Shown here one piece after another: positions 49,855-59,558 of a stretch of 64,000 bases of DNA. The notes beneath the pieces are model-generated. The model saw nothing but the letters and a program-made list of their open reading frames with translations. It was not told where the DNA came from and ran no database searches. Every line of letters starts with the position of its first letter. Position 1 is the stretch's first letter. A program made the translations under genes and the position numbers. The DNA is from Candidatus Saccharimonadales bacterium (GTDB lineage Bacteria; Patescibacteriota; Saccharimonadia; Saccharimonadales; UBA10212): assembly GCA_049521895.1 (NCBI GenBank), contig JBEKOJ010000001.1, positions 34,717 through 98,716 of the forward strand, written 5' to 3'.

Positions 49855-52155
49855 TTATTTTTTGGCTCGGCGATTCTTAAAGCGACCATTATTGACTGGA
49901 GCTTTGTCTAATAATTCCTGGGCGGCACCTTTGGTCAGCTTCTCTGGTGCTTGCCCTTTTGGAACACGGACGTTCTTTTTTCCGTTGGTAACATATGGAC
50001 CATATGGTCCACGCAGTATTTTGAGCTTACCAAAATCGGCAACTACCCGCTGGGCCTCGGTTGTTTGTTTGTCGCTAATAACTTCTCTGGCCTCTGGTTC
50101 AGTTATGGTCAGCGGGTCGTGGTCTTTGATACTTATAAACTGGCTTCCAATCTTTATATATGGTCCAAAGCGGCCGATGTCAGCTGTGATCGCCTGCCCG
50201 TCTGCGGCTTTACCAACTTTGCGAGGCAAGTTAAACATTGGTAAGGCTTCTTTGAGTTCTATCTCCTCTAGGGTTGCCCCTGAAGGCAGTGGCGCAAAAC
50301 GGGGCTTAACTTCTTCTTCAGGTTTTTTGCTGTCAGTTTCACCCAGCTGCAGTACCGGCCCGTAGCGTCCGTAACGGGCAAAAACTGGCTGCCCGCTCTT
50401 AGGGTCTTGCCCCAGTTTACGCATTTGTACGGCTTCAGACCGGCTAGCTTTAAGTGATTTTCCAATCAAGGGATGGAAATGTTCATAAAAATCATTAAGC
50501 ATCTTTACCCAGGTAAGTCTCCCCTCGGCTATGTCGTCTAATTCTTTCTCGGCTTCGGCCGTAAAATCATAATCCATAATTTCCGCAAAATACTTCATTA
50601 AGAAGTCGGTGACTATATCAGCCAGCTGGGTAGACAATAGCTTATTGCGGTCAGCTCCAACAACGATACTTTGTGTACGCTCTTCGACCTTGCCGCCATT
50701 TACCAGCAGCTCGACCAGTTCCTGTGTTTCCCCATCTAAATCTTTCTTCTCGACATAACCCCTGTCCTGGATGGTACTAATAGTCGGTGCGTAAGTGCTT
50801 GGCCGGCCGATGCCCAACTCTTCTAGCTTGCGTACCAAGCTGGCCTCAGAATAGCGTGAAGGCGGTTTGCTATAACTTTCCAAAGCACTTAACGCTTTAA
50901 GCTTAAGTTTCTGGCCTCTTTCGACTGATGGCAAGATACGATCATCCTTGCCTCCGCCGTAGACTTTCAAAAAGCCGTCAAAGATCAGCACTTCACCAGT
51001 GGCGAGAAACTGCTCTTTGTGATCGCTAATGTTTATCATGACTTCGGTTTTTTGGATGCTGGCAGCGGCCATTTGACTAGCCATAGTTCTCTTCCAAATA
51101 AGCTCGTAAAGCTTTTTTTGGCTGGAGTCAGTGCCGGCACTAAGCTTATCGGGGTGCGAAGGCCGGATAGCCTCGTGAGCCTCCTGGGCAGATTTGTCCC
51201 TAGTTTTATATTGGCGCAGCTGATAGTACCGTTGGCCGTAATTCTTAAGTATGTAATCTTTGGTGGCGCTGGTGGCCAGCCCTGATAAAGTGGTACTGTC
51301 AGTGCGCATATAGGTGATGTGGCCAGCTTCATAAAGTCGCTGGGCTATGGTCATGGTACGGCGTACGCTAAAACCTAAACGTCGGGCGGCTTCCTGCTGG
51401 AGGGTGCTGGTAATAAACGGCGCCGCTGGCGAACGGCTACCGGGTTTCTGCTCAACAGCAGCCACGCTAAATTCAGCTTTCTGGATTGCCTCTAAGAAGC
51501 TTTTAGCGGCAACTTTATCTTTTAATTTCTCTGTCAGTTCTGCCGGAAGGTCTTGTCCTTTAGCGTCAAAAACAGCACTGACCTTGAATGATCTTTCAGG
51601 CTTAAAGGCGCGGATTTCACGCTCGCGTTCGACAATCAAGCGGACGGCTACACTCTGCACCCGTCCGGCACTAAGTCCGACCCGTATTTTTTTCCATAAT
51701 ATCGGACTTAGCTCGTATCCTACCAACCTGTCTAAAATTCGTCGAGCTTGCTGGGCGTCCACCAGCTTCATGTCTATCTGGGAAGGGTGCTCTATGGCCT
51801 TGTTTATAGCCGTCTCAGTAATCTCGTGGAATACGATGCGTTTAGTGGTCTTAGGGTCCAGCCCCAGCGCAACCGAGACGTGCCAGGCTATGGCCTCGCC
51901 TTCGCGGTCGGGATCACTGGCCAGCCAGACGGTATGACCTTTGGCGGCGCTTTTTAGTTCCGATACAATTTTGGTCTTGTCAGGGCTTATCTGGTAAATT
52001 GGCTTAAAATGCTTGGCAACGTCTACACCCAACTCTTTTTTGGGCAAATCACGGATATGACCAAAGCTGCTTTTGACACTATAGTCTTTGCCCAGAAAAG
52101 GGGCTATGGTTTTAGCTTTGGCCGGACTCTCAACGATAACTAGGTTTCTCGGCAT
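49855..52155 (-). CDS. topA: DNA topoisomerase I
   Basis: Toprim N-terminus LVIVESPAKAKTI, catalytic HITYMRTDS, C-terminal repeats GRFGPYIKIG / GPYGPYV (no zinc fingers). Confidence 0.95.
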   Translation of the reverse strand: MPRNLVIVESPAKAKTIAPFLGKDYSVKSSFGHIRDLPKKELGVDVAKHFKPIYQISPDKTKIVSELKSAAKGHTVWLASDPDREGEAIAWHVSVALGLDPKTTKRIVFHEITETAINKAIEHPSQIDMKLVDAQQARRILDRLVGYELSPILWKKIRVGLSAGRVQSVAVRLIVEREREIRAFKPERSFKVSAVFDAKGQDLPAELTEKLKDKVAAKSFLEAIQKAEFSVAAVEQKPGSRSPAAPFITSTLQQEAARRLGFSVRRTMTIAQRLYEAGHITYMRTDSTTLSGLATSATKDYILKNYGQRYYQLRQYKTRDKSAQEAHEAIRPSHPDKLSAGTDSSQKKLYELIWKRTMASQMAAASIQKTEVMINISDHKEQFLATGEVLIFDGFLKVYGGGKDDRILPSVERGQKLKLKALSALESYSKPPSRYSEASLVRKLEELGIGRPSTYAPTISTIQDRGYVEKKDLDGETQELVELLVNGGKVEERTQSIVVGADRNKLLSTQLADIVTDFLMKYFAEIMDYDFTAEAEKELDDIAEGRLTWVKMLNDFYEHFHPLIGKSLKASRSEAVQMRKLGQDPKSGQPVFARYGRYGPVLQLGETDSKKPEEEVKPRFAPLPSGATLEEIELKEALPMFNLPRKVGKAADGQAITADIGRFGPYIKIGSQFISIKDHDPLTITEPEAREVISDKQTTEAQRVVADFGKLKILRGPYGPYVTNGKKNVRVPKGQAPEKLTKGAAQELLDKAPVNNGRFKNRRAKK

Positions 52156-52214
52156 ATATACGGTTGTCTAGTGTAAAAGGCTCGTTTAATATATGCAAAT
52201 ACTTGCTTAGCCTA

Positions 52215-52286
52215 CCCCGTAGTAAATCCTGAATGGAAAAGAGGAAAAATATTCCTATTTTGAAATATCAAGATTTCACTGCGGGG
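52215..52286. mobile_element. 72-bp MITE-like element with related termini (CCCCGTAGTAAATC / GATTTCACTGCGGGG)
   Basis: Inverted termini share CCCCGYAGT with the other copies. Flanks are CCTA and TCTA. Confidence 0.4.
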
Positions 52287-52323
52287 TCTATCAAGACTGT
52301 CAAACTCGTCAAGTTTGGATGTT

Positions 52324-53193
52324 TCAGGCAGCGTGCCAATGTCCATTGCCAGAAGGCTTTATATAGCCGGCTATTTCTAACATAGTTAATGTGCTACTTA
52401 TGGCCGACCCGTTAAGCTGACAGGCCAGCGCCAGGTCTTCTTGGTCACTTATACCGTTGGCTATCAGTCGCAGCAGACGTACTGCTTCAGGGCTACCGCG
52501 AAACTTCTTAGCTTTTTCGGCCCCGCCGAATCTTATATTAAGTGCGAAAAATATATCCTCAACTGTCGTTACTGGCACGGCGCCGCTTTTTATAAGATTA
52601 TTACAGCCCTCGCTGCCCAGGTTGGTAATGTTACCCGGTACCACCATAACAGTTTTGCCTTGCTCCAGTGCGAAACGGGCAGTATGTAAAGTACCGCTAT
52701 TGACTGCCGCTTCTGTTATCAGCAGTATGTCCGCCAAGCCACTAACGATCCGGTTGCGGGCAATGAAATTCACTCTATACCCAGGGTAACTATCAGCATA
52801 CTCGGATATCAAGCTGCCACTCTGCTCTATTATTTGCCTAGCAAGATTAACGTGTGAAGACGGGTAAATTTGTTGTAGCGGAGTTGGTAAAACGGCCACC
52901 GTGCAGCCACCGGCATCTAAAGCAGCCTGATGCGCGATGCTGTCGATACCCAGCGCCAAACCGCTGATTATCACTACCCCTGCCCGGGCTAACTCACCTG
53001 CTATTTTTTGAGTAACCCCGCGGCCATAATAACTAGCCTTGCGGCTGCCAACTATCGCTACACGCGGTTTACCCAGCCACTCAGCGGGATCTACCCCAGC
53101 CCAGAACAACCTCTGCGGACGCTCTGGTATATGTTTTAAAACCTCGGGATATCCGGGGGATCTAAGCGTAAGGGAGTTGACTTTTATCTGCAT
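52324..53193 (-). CDS. dprA: DNA processing protein DprA (Smf)
   Basis: Sequence IISGLALGIDSIAHQAALDAGGCTVAVL. 289 aa. Adjacent to topA. Confidence 0.85.
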   Translation of the reverse strand: MQIKVNSLTLRSPGYPEVLKHIPERPQRLFWAGVDPAEWLGKPRVAIVGSRKASYYGRGVTQKIAGELARAGVVIISGLALGIDSIAHQAALDAGGCTVAVLPTPLQQIYPSSHVNLARQIIEQSGSLISEYADSYPGYRVNFIARNRIVSGLADILLITEAAVNSGTLHTARFALEQGKTVMVVPGNITNLGSEGCNNLIKSGAVPVTTVEDIFFALNIRFGGAEKAKKFRGSPEAVRLLRLIANGISDQEDLALACQLNGSAISSTLTMLEIAGYIKPSGNGHWHAA

Positions 53194-53206
53194 ATATTTT
53201 TAAGCA

Positions 53207-53235
53207 TTGACACAAAGACACTTTTTTGCTAAAAT
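53207..53235 (+). promoter_or_regulatory. consensus promoter TTGACA-17-TAAAAT
   Basis: -35 at 53207-53212 and -10 at 53230-53235, pointing into a 430-bp ORF-less region. Confidence 0.55.
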
Positions 53236-53241
53236 TGCAAT

Positions 53242-53664
53242 CCGTAAGTCTACTTAGGTAGTATTTACGTACCTTATACCCCCAATAGATATCTGAAACC
53301 TTGTGTTTTAGATATCAATTTCTAACATTTTGTTAGATTGTTTAAGAGCTTTTTGGTTTCGAAGTAGTTACCCTCCACCAAGAAACCAATCGGCCCTTCG
53401 TCTGCTACTAGTTAGTATACGTCAAGCCGGGGCTCTTAAACAAACTAACCCCTTTAACTCTCTCTCCCCGTTCAGCGTGGGTCAGTGGGTCCCCCGGGAT
53501 GCGACCGGCTTAATAACCGGGCCGGCACGAATGTACGTTGCTTTTTGCCGTCTTCGTCGCTCCACTTAAGGTGGGTTGAAGGGTGTAATTAGCGGGATGA
53601 ACTTTTTGGGTTCGTCCCCTGAAAGAGCCTCCAGAGGTGCCCACCCCCTCTGAAGGCTCTTTTT
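53242..53664 (+). ncRNA. candidate structured ncRNA of unknown class (~420 nt, promoter to terminator)
   Basis: Nested helices at 53342-49/53432-39, 53354-60/53382-88 and 53594-602/53610-18. Intrinsic terminator at the 3' end. The only ORF (79 aa) is implausible. Confidence 0.4.
53623..53664 (+). terminator. intrinsic terminator (15-bp stem, T-run), overlaps the pth stop
   Basis: Sequence aagagcctccagagg tgcccacc cctctgaaggctctt tttt. Confidence 0.6.
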
Positions 53665-54298
53665 AGTCTATTGTGCGGGTGTCGTGGGGGAGCTGGCCGC
53701 TGAAGATATATTCGGTGATTAGGGCATTGGCCTCGCGGAGAATAAGTGGCAGGATCGCCTGCTCTTTTTTGCTGAATTTACCCAGGACGAAATCTGCAGC
53801 ATCGGCTTTCTCGGATAGTTCTCTGCCGGTGCCGATGCGTATGCGGCTAAAATCATTACCGATATGCACGACAAGTGATTTAACACCGTTATGTCCGGCA
53901 TCTGAACCACCCAGGCGGGTGCGCAGTTGGCCGAAAGCGATCGCCAATTCGTCATATACAACCAGGGTGCTTGGGTTATAAACCCTATAAAATCGCTGTA
54001 CCGCCTGGGCGGCTTCGCCGCTGTTGTTCATGAAAGTCGCGGGCTTGCATAGTATCACCCGTGTCTCACCCATGGTGGTGTTGGTCAGATGGCACTTCAG
54101 ATCCTTTTTAACCATCCAGGCCGGAAAGTCATTTTTGCCGGCAAAATAATCCAAGACCTCAAAACCGATATTATGCCGCGTCCCCTCATATTGCTTACCA
54201 TGGTTACCGAGACCAATAATAAGGACTGTCTTGCTGGCACCAATCGTATACAGCGGCAGGTTGCTGCTAACTTGTGGTTTTTTCTGAAAAAGCGCCAT
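53663..54298 (-). CDS. pth: peptidyl-tRNA hydrolase
   Basis: Sequence LIIGLGNHGKQYEGTRHNIGF ... GGSDAGHNGVKS. Confidence 0.9.
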   Translation of the reverse strand: MALFQKKPQVSSNLPLYTIGASKTVLIIGLGNHGKQYEGTRHNIGFEVLDYFAGKNDFPAWMVKKDLKCHLTNTTMGETRVILCKPATFMNNSGEAAQAVQRFYRVYNPSTLVVYDELAIAFGQLRTRLGGSDAGHNGVKSLVVHIGNDFSRIRIGTGRELSEKADAADFVLGKFSKKEQAILPLILREANALITEYIFSGQLPHDTRTID

Positions 54299-54312
54299 AG
54301 TCTTATCTTAGT

Positions 54313-55800
54313 TTAATGCTTTTCTATGAACCAGAATTTTAATGGTGTGCCAGCGAGCGGCCACTGCTCGCGGAATGACTTCTCCAGGTAGCGCCGATAG
54401 CTCCAGTGTAAAAATTTAGTGTGGGCGCCAAAGATTTTAAAACTTGGCATATCAATGTCTTCTTCTTGGACCATATAATTGAGTTTAGGTTGGCGGCCCC
54501 TTAGTCCGGCCGGTGGGTGTTCTTCTGTAGCGCGGTGCAGCCACCGGTTAAGCTCGGAGGTGCGGATTTTTAACGCCCGGGCTTCAGCTATCTCCAAAAC
54601 CAACTCGAATATTTTGGCAACATTTTGCCCGCTGACAGCACTGGTAAATATCAGAAACGCCCAAGGCACGAAGGCGAATTCCTTGGCGGTAGTGTGCGCT
54701 ATATGATCGCGGCTAAAGCTGTCCTTGTCTACGCTATCCCACTTGCTGACCACCAGAACTAAGCCCTTACCCGCCTCTTTAACTAAACCGGCAATTTTTT
54801 GGTCCAGTTGGGTATTAAGTTCTTGGACGTCCATCAACGCCAGGCAAATATCAGCTTCTTCTATAGCTGCTAAAGCTCGCAGGACGCTAAACTGCTCCAC
54901 ACCCGGCTCTATCTTGCCTGGTCGTCGAATACCGGCAGTATCCATTAGTTCGATTTCGTGTTCGTGAAAGCGTACCACCGCTCGGTTGACATCACGGGTG
55001 GTGCCGGCATTAGAGCTGACAAGTGCCTGCTGTTTTTTGGCCAAGGTGTTAAAAAGTGATGATTTGCCAACATTTGGACGGCCCAGCAGCGCCAGTTTTA
55101 TCCGGTCGCTATCTTGTCTTATGGTTGCCGCTGGCAAATGTTCTGCCGCAGCCTTTAATAGTTCTTCCAGACCTCGTTTTTGCGTCACGCTGGTGGCGAT
55201 GATCGGTTGGATGGCCAATGCCCGCCACTGGGATAGGTTACTTCTGATGTCCTTATCTATTTTATTCACCACTAGAATTACCGGCTTGCGGCTCTTGAGG
55301 GCCATTTTGGCCACCGCGCGGTCTTCTGCAGTTGGCGGCACGTGGGCCTCCACGACTACCAAGATAACATCGGCACTACTAGTGGCTTCGGCTATCTGTT
55401 GTTGGATGCTCAGCTCAAAATCATCCTCGGCGTTTTTTAACCCCGCAGTGTCAACCAGCCAGAAATCCTTATGGCCCCAGTTGGCTTTGGCGGTGACGCT
55501 ATCACGGGTGGTACCAGCCTCCTTAGCGATAATAGCCTCACGGTGACCAATTAAAACGTTGAACAAACTCGACTTGCCTACGTTTGCCCTACCCACCAGT
55601 GCCACAATCGGAACTCGCGAACCGCGAACCGCTCTGGCCTGCTTGTCGGCAGAGCCAACAACTCTGCCAGCGCTTTCAGCGCCCTGCAGTGTTGTCGGCT
55701 GCGCTGCTCCTTCTGCGTATTCTTGATACGCTTCTGTCTGCTGCTCGCCGTCGCCTTGCAGTGCATCTGAGTTCGTGGCCCGCGATTTTCTCCTGCTCAT
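54313..55800 (-). CDS. der: ribosome-associated GTPase Der/EngA with ~55-aa N-terminal extension
   Basis: Two G domains (GRANVGKSSLFN, GRPNVGKSSLFN; DTAG x2; NKID/SKWD) and a KH-like C-terminus. Confidence 0.9.
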   Translation of the reverse strand: MSRRKSRATNSDALQGDGEQQTEAYQEYAEGAAQPTTLQGAESAGRVVGSADKQARAVRGSRVPIVALVGRANVGKSSLFNVLIGHREAIIAKEAGTTRDSVTAKANWGHKDFWLVDTAGLKNAEDDFELSIQQQIAEATSSADVILVVVEAHVPPTAEDRAVAKMALKSRKPVILVVNKIDKDIRSNLSQWRALAIQPIIATSVTQKRGLEELLKAAAEHLPAATIRQDSDRIKLALLGRPNVGKSSLFNTLAKKQQALVSSNAGTTRDVNRAVVRFHEHEIELMDTAGIRRPGKIEPGVEQFSVLRALAAIEEADICLALMDVQELNTQLDQKIAGLVKEAGKGLVLVVSKWDSVDKDSFSRDHIAHTTAKEFAFVPWAFLIFTSAVSGQNVAKIFELVLEIAEARALKIRTSELNRWLHRATEEHPPAGLRGRQPKLNYMVQEEDIDMPSFKIFGAHTKFLHWSYRRYLEKSFREQWPLAGTPLKFWFIEKH

Positions 55801-55827
55801 AGGAGTTATTATACCTTTAAATGCGTT

Positions 55828-55861
55828 AAAAAAACCGCGTCAGATACCTGGCGCGGTTTTT
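55828..55861 (-). terminator. A-run/hairpin/T-run (bidirectional-type) terminator after the response regulator
   Basis: Sequence aaaaaaaccgcgtcagatacctggcgcggttttt. Confidence 0.55.
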
Positions 55862-55878
55862 GCTAACTTATTTTAGTT

Positions 55879-56703
55879 TTATAGGCCACCGCTAGAACTG
55901 CCCGCTGGGGGAGTTGAACCTGCACTGTTGTCGGCTGGCGGAGTTGCGGGTTCGTCGGCTGGCGGAGTTGCGGGTTCGTCGGCTGGCGGAGGAGTGACAG
56001 GTACACTGCCGCCGTCGCTGGCGGCTGCGCTGTCATTGCCCGGCATTGCCGGCGCCGAACTGTCGGCTGGCGGAGTTGTCGGTGCACTAGGCGTAAAACT
56101 ATTGATCTGGCTATCAACGGCACTCTGTTCCTGGGCGGTGCTCATCTGGCCGCTGTTATCTGCCGGCGCACTAGGCGTTACTGGCACGCCGCTAATAGGG
56201 TTGGCGTCTGGCGCTGGGCTGGGGGCCGCTGCGTCTGGCGCGGGGTTAGTTGGTGTACTTGGATCGTCTGGCATGGATTGCTCACTTTCTTGCTTATTAG
56301 TTACTACAGCGTCTGGCTGCTGGTCGATGGATTGACCGGGCTGCAAGACGTCATGTACCACGCGAACGAAATCTTCTAGGGTGACCTGAGATTTCACTAA
56401 ATACTTTACCACGCCCAGCTTTTCTCCGCGAGCCTGATCTTCGGCTTGGCCTAAAGCGGTCATCATGACCACTTTAGTGTTGGCCATGTCGGGAGCTGCG
56501 CGCAAAGTTTCCAACATCTCAAACCCGGACAGCCTGGGCATCATTACATCGGCAATAATTAAATCAGGTTTTTCTTTGACTGCTACGGTTAGAGCTTCCT
56601 CGCCATCGCCGGCAGTTACTATTTGATAGCCTTCGGCCTGCAGGCGCATCGCGAAAATTTCACGCAGTGCCTGGTCATCCTCTACCAGTAAAACCTTGGC
56701 CAT
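55879..56703 (-). CDS. response regulator receiver with Pro/Ala/Ser-rich low-complexity tail instead of an output domain
   Basis: Sequence VLLVEDD ... DLIIADVMMP ... K. The C-terminal ~150 aa includes PPADEPAT repeats. Confidence 0.75.
   Translation of the reverse strand: MAKVLLVEDDQALREIFAMRLQAEGYQIVTAGDGEEALTVAVKEKPDLIIADVMMPRLSGFEMLETLRAAPDMANTKVVMMTALGQAEDQARGEKLGVVKYLVKSQVTLEDFVRVVHDVLQPGQSIDQQPDAVVTNKQESEQSMPDDPSTPTNPAPDAAAPSPAPDANPISGVPVTPSAPADNSGQMSTAQEQSAVDSQINSFTPSAPTTPPADSSAPAMPGNDSAAASDGGSVPVTPPPADEPATPPADEPATPPADNSAGSTPPAGSSSGGL
55930..55992 (-). repeat. 24-bp tandem repeat (2.6 units) encoding PPADEPAT
   Basis: Sequence gtcggctggcggagttgcgggttc x2 plus a partial unit. A related copy lies at 56062-56078. 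Confidence 0.8.
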
Positions 56704-56788
56704 TTAAATTATCGATCCCTTCTCATTATGCTCGTAGTGCTTATGATTATCTTCATTGTAGCATGATTCTGGGCGCATCAACGGCCTG

Positions 56789-58036
56789 CTAGGCATCCAA
56801 GGGACTTATTAGCGCAGCCTGTTTCTTTTGCATCTGTAGGGCCTGCTCGGTGGTCAAGCGTGGTAAGTTAATGAAAAAAGTACTACCCTTACCCAGCTGG
56901 CTCTCTACCCATAGCCGGCCATTATACATCTCGATGATTTTTTTACTGATGAACAGCCCCAGGCCAGTACCTCCCACTGTACGGGTTAGCGAACTATCAA
57001 CCCTGTAGAACTTTTGAAAAAGGTGAGGAATATCTTCTTGGGGGATCCCTGGCCCGGTGTCGCTTACCTGCAACTGTATCACCGAATTATCACCAGTCAG
57101 GCGTGCCGTGATATTGCCGCTAGGCGTGTATTTAATAGCATTGTCGATAATATTTTGTAGCACCTCGCGGATACGGTTAGGGTCTACGTAAGCGTAATAC
57201 AGCGGGCGTACCACCTTGCCGCCACTGACGTCCTTGTCAGCGCTGACGACGTAATGCATAATTAGGCCCCTGTCTTTGGCCTTAAACTGCTCAGCTTCCA
57301 CTACCTGCTCTATCGTTTCGCCGATTTCTACCACTGCGGGGTAGCTGGCTAAACGACCATCCTCAGCTCGGGAGCTAGTTAACAAATCTTGGAATAGCGC
57401 GCTTAGGTGCTTCGTAGCCATAGCAGCCTTATCGACGTATTTACGGGCATTATTGTCCATAGTGGCAATCTTGGGGTTGGAAGCCAGCGCCAAATAACCG
57501 TCTATGGCTGCCAGTGGTGTACGCATCTCGTGGCTGGCAGTACTAATAAAATCTGAACGCTGAGCCTCCTCGGCCTGTTCTTTAGTAATGTCTCTGAAGA
57601 CACCTACTACGTTACTGGTAGAACGGTTGTTCTCATCGGGCACTGGTGATACGACCAGTGAGATTGGTCGGGTCTTACCGTTCCGGGTGGCCAGCCAAAC
57701 CCGGCTATCGCGCACCGTAGCATTACTAGCTAGGGCCTTGCTGAAAGGGTGGGCTTCTGGTGGAGAGGGTTCACCCTTTTGGTTAACTAGCTTGAGAACA
57801 CTGTGGAAGTCCAATCCGACTGCTTCTTCAGCCGGCCAGCCGCTGATTTCGCTGGCACCCGGATTGATCAATTGGATAAGGTTGTCACGGCCGACCATTA
57901 TTACACCATCTTCGATGGCACCCAAAATAAAGTCAGAACTAAGCCGTTCGTCTTTGAGTATGCGCTCACTAACCGCTAAACCACTGCGGCTTTTCCTGGC
58001 CTTTACATCCTTAGTTTTGCGTTTTGAAAACCACAC
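56789..58036 (-). CDS. PAS-domain sensor histidine kinase
   Basis: H-box SHEMRTPL, N box NAIKYT, G boxes DTGPGIP and GTGLGL. GTG start. Confidence 0.85.
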   Translation of the reverse strand: MWFSKRKTKDVKARKSRSGLAVSERILKDERLSSDFILGAIEDGVIMVGRDNLIQLINPGASEISGWPAEEAVGLDFHSVLKLVNQKGEPSPPEAHPFSKALASNATVRDSRVWLATRNGKTRPISLVVSPVPDENNRSTSNVVGVFRDITKEQAEEAQRSDFISTASHEMRTPLAAIDGYLALASNPKIATMDNNARKYVDKAAMATKHLSALFQDLLTSSRAEDGRLASYPAVVEIGETIEQVVEAEQFKAKDRGLIMHYVVSADKDVSGGKVVRPLYYAYVDPNRIREVLQNIIDNAIKYTPSGNITARLTGDNSVIQLQVSDTGPGIPQEDIPHLFQKFYRVDSSLTRTVGGTGLGLFISKKIIEMYNGRLWVESQLGKGSTFFINLPRLTTEQALQMQKKQAALISPLDA

Positions 58037-58295
58037 TCTTGCCCACCGTTTTTATAATTATCATCTGTTTTTGCATTGATCTTACTAACGCTTAACATTA
58101 TCTGTTATTTTAGAACATCTTTCAACTAAGCCCTAGATCTTGCGTCTGGATGCAGCACAAGGCACCAGCGAGGAGCGGCGGGAGACGTATAAGCAATACG
58201 TTGAGCAAGTACCACAGCTGGTAACGCGGTGATGCGCCAGAAGTGGTGGCAGAGTTCCCGACTTTGTCGGGGAGCAGGCCACCGCGACGCAAGGC

Positions 58296-59558
58296 CTAGG
58301 CCCGGTTGCATAGCAGTTCAAAATAGCGGGTAGAGCCAAAAGGGATTTTTTGTTTAACGCTGTCTTTGGCCGATAAACTGCTGGCGAAAGTCACGGTGAA
58401 TTCACCGAACTGATTATTTATCTGATCCACGGCCTCTGTTAACCAGGCTTCGCGGTTTACTCCTTCCAGTAGGCTTAGCTGGTTGAGGCTGGATGGCTCC
58501 AAGCCGTAACAACTAACACCAATTTCGCGCTCGGGCTCATCACGCGGGCGGCGGTTAAATAATAGCGTGGCGCGACGGTAGACTTCGGCATTGCTGAAGA
58601 AACTACTTTTAAACATCCGCCGTTCGTACCAATAATCACCACTGGCGTAGCGCACGTAAACGTGTATGCCGCGGGCCGACATATTTTTATAACGCAGTTT
58701 CATGGCTGTCGTCTCGCATAGGTAGCTCAGGCGCGAGCGGATTAGTTCCTCTGTGGGGTGCATCTCGTCCAGCACGAACTGCCGCCCGATAGTTTTGATA
58801 GCCGATTCAAAATTATCCACTTCATAACCTCGCAGCCGGCGGTACCAATCTTCGCCGCAGATGCTCTTAAATACCCTGCTATGCAAAAGTTCGGCTGGGG
58901 CGTCCAAAAACTGCTGGCAGCTGTAAATGCCGGCGGCGTTAAGCCGCGCTTGGTTACGCTCGGCGATACCTGTTAGATCCGTTAGCCCCAAACAGGACAA
59001 CACCCGCCGCAAGTTATTGTGATCGATAACATCTAGACCGTCGGGTTTGTGCAAACTAGCAGCGGTCTTGGCTAGAAAACGGTTGGGCGCAATGCCGATA
59101 TTGCAGGTCATCCAGTGTCCCACCTCCTCTCTTAGGCGCCGTTTTATCTCGTAGCCGATATCCGGCAGTGGCCGCTGGTTTACCAAACGGGTGCCGGTAA
59201 AATCGATAATGCCTTCGTCTATGCTCTTCATCTGCACATCCGGCGAATACGAACGCATGATATCCACCAGTATCTGGTAAACGTAGTGGTATTTAGGCGG
59301 ATCAGTCTCAACCATTACCAAGCCCGGGGCTAGCAGTTTGGCCTCAGAAAAAGTCATGCCGACTTTAACCCCCAGTTTCTTGGCCTCATAACTGGCGGCC
59401 ACGACGCAGGCGTTTTTAGTCAACCGGTTGGTCACGCCTAGCGGCCGGCCGCGCAGGCTTGGCCTAGCTTGTTGCTCTACCGTAGCAAAACAACTATTCA
59501 GATCTACATGCATAATCTGGGGTTCGGCCTCATTGAGGGGTAGACGCAGGCCAGGCAT
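58296..59558 (-). CDS. Y-family DNA polymerase (DinB/UmuC-like)
   Basis: Sequence MHVDLNSCFATVEQQ...RGRPLGV ... SIDEGIID. Start chosen at MPGLRL (59558). The track start at 59663 adds an implausible 35 aa. Confidence 0.8.
   Translation of the reverse strand: MPGLRLPLNEAEPQIMHVDLNSCFATVEQQARPSLRGRPLGVTNRLTKNACVVAASYEAKKLGVKVGMTFSEAKLLAPGLVMVETDPPKYHYVYQILVDIMRSYSPDVQMKSIDEGIIDFTGTRLVNQRPLPDIGYEIKRRLREEVGHWMTCNIGIAPNRFLAKTAASLHKPDGLDVIDHNNLRRVLSCLGLTDLTGIAERNQARLNAAGIYSCQQFLDAPAELLHSRVFKSICGEDWYRRLRGYEVDNFESAIKTIGRQFVLDEMHPTEELIRSRLSYLCETTAMKLRYKNMSARGIHVYVRYASGDYWYERRMFKSSFFSNAEVYRRATLLFNRRPRDEPEREIGVSCYGLEPSSLNQLSLLEGVNREAWLTEAVDQINNQFGEFTVTFASSLSAKDSVKQKIPFGSTRYFELLCNRA

Noticed and set aside
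53330-53569. 79-aa ORF inside the ncRNA candidate
   Set aside because: It has no SD or -10 spacing, odd composition and overlaps the strongest helices. It is more likely non-coding.
53242-53664. Assigning the structured RNA as RNase P RNA, tmRNA or SRP RNA
   Set aside because: The universal GGAAAGUCC (CR-I) box is absent. The internal CCACCA has no complementary 5' acceptor strand or T-arm. There is no SRP domain-IV GGAA/AGCA motif. It is left as class unknown.
55928-56335. 135-aa Gly/Ala-rich + strand ORF
   Set aside because: It is the mirror image of the Pro/Ala-rich repeat tail of the response regulator, and so is a repeat-driven artefact.
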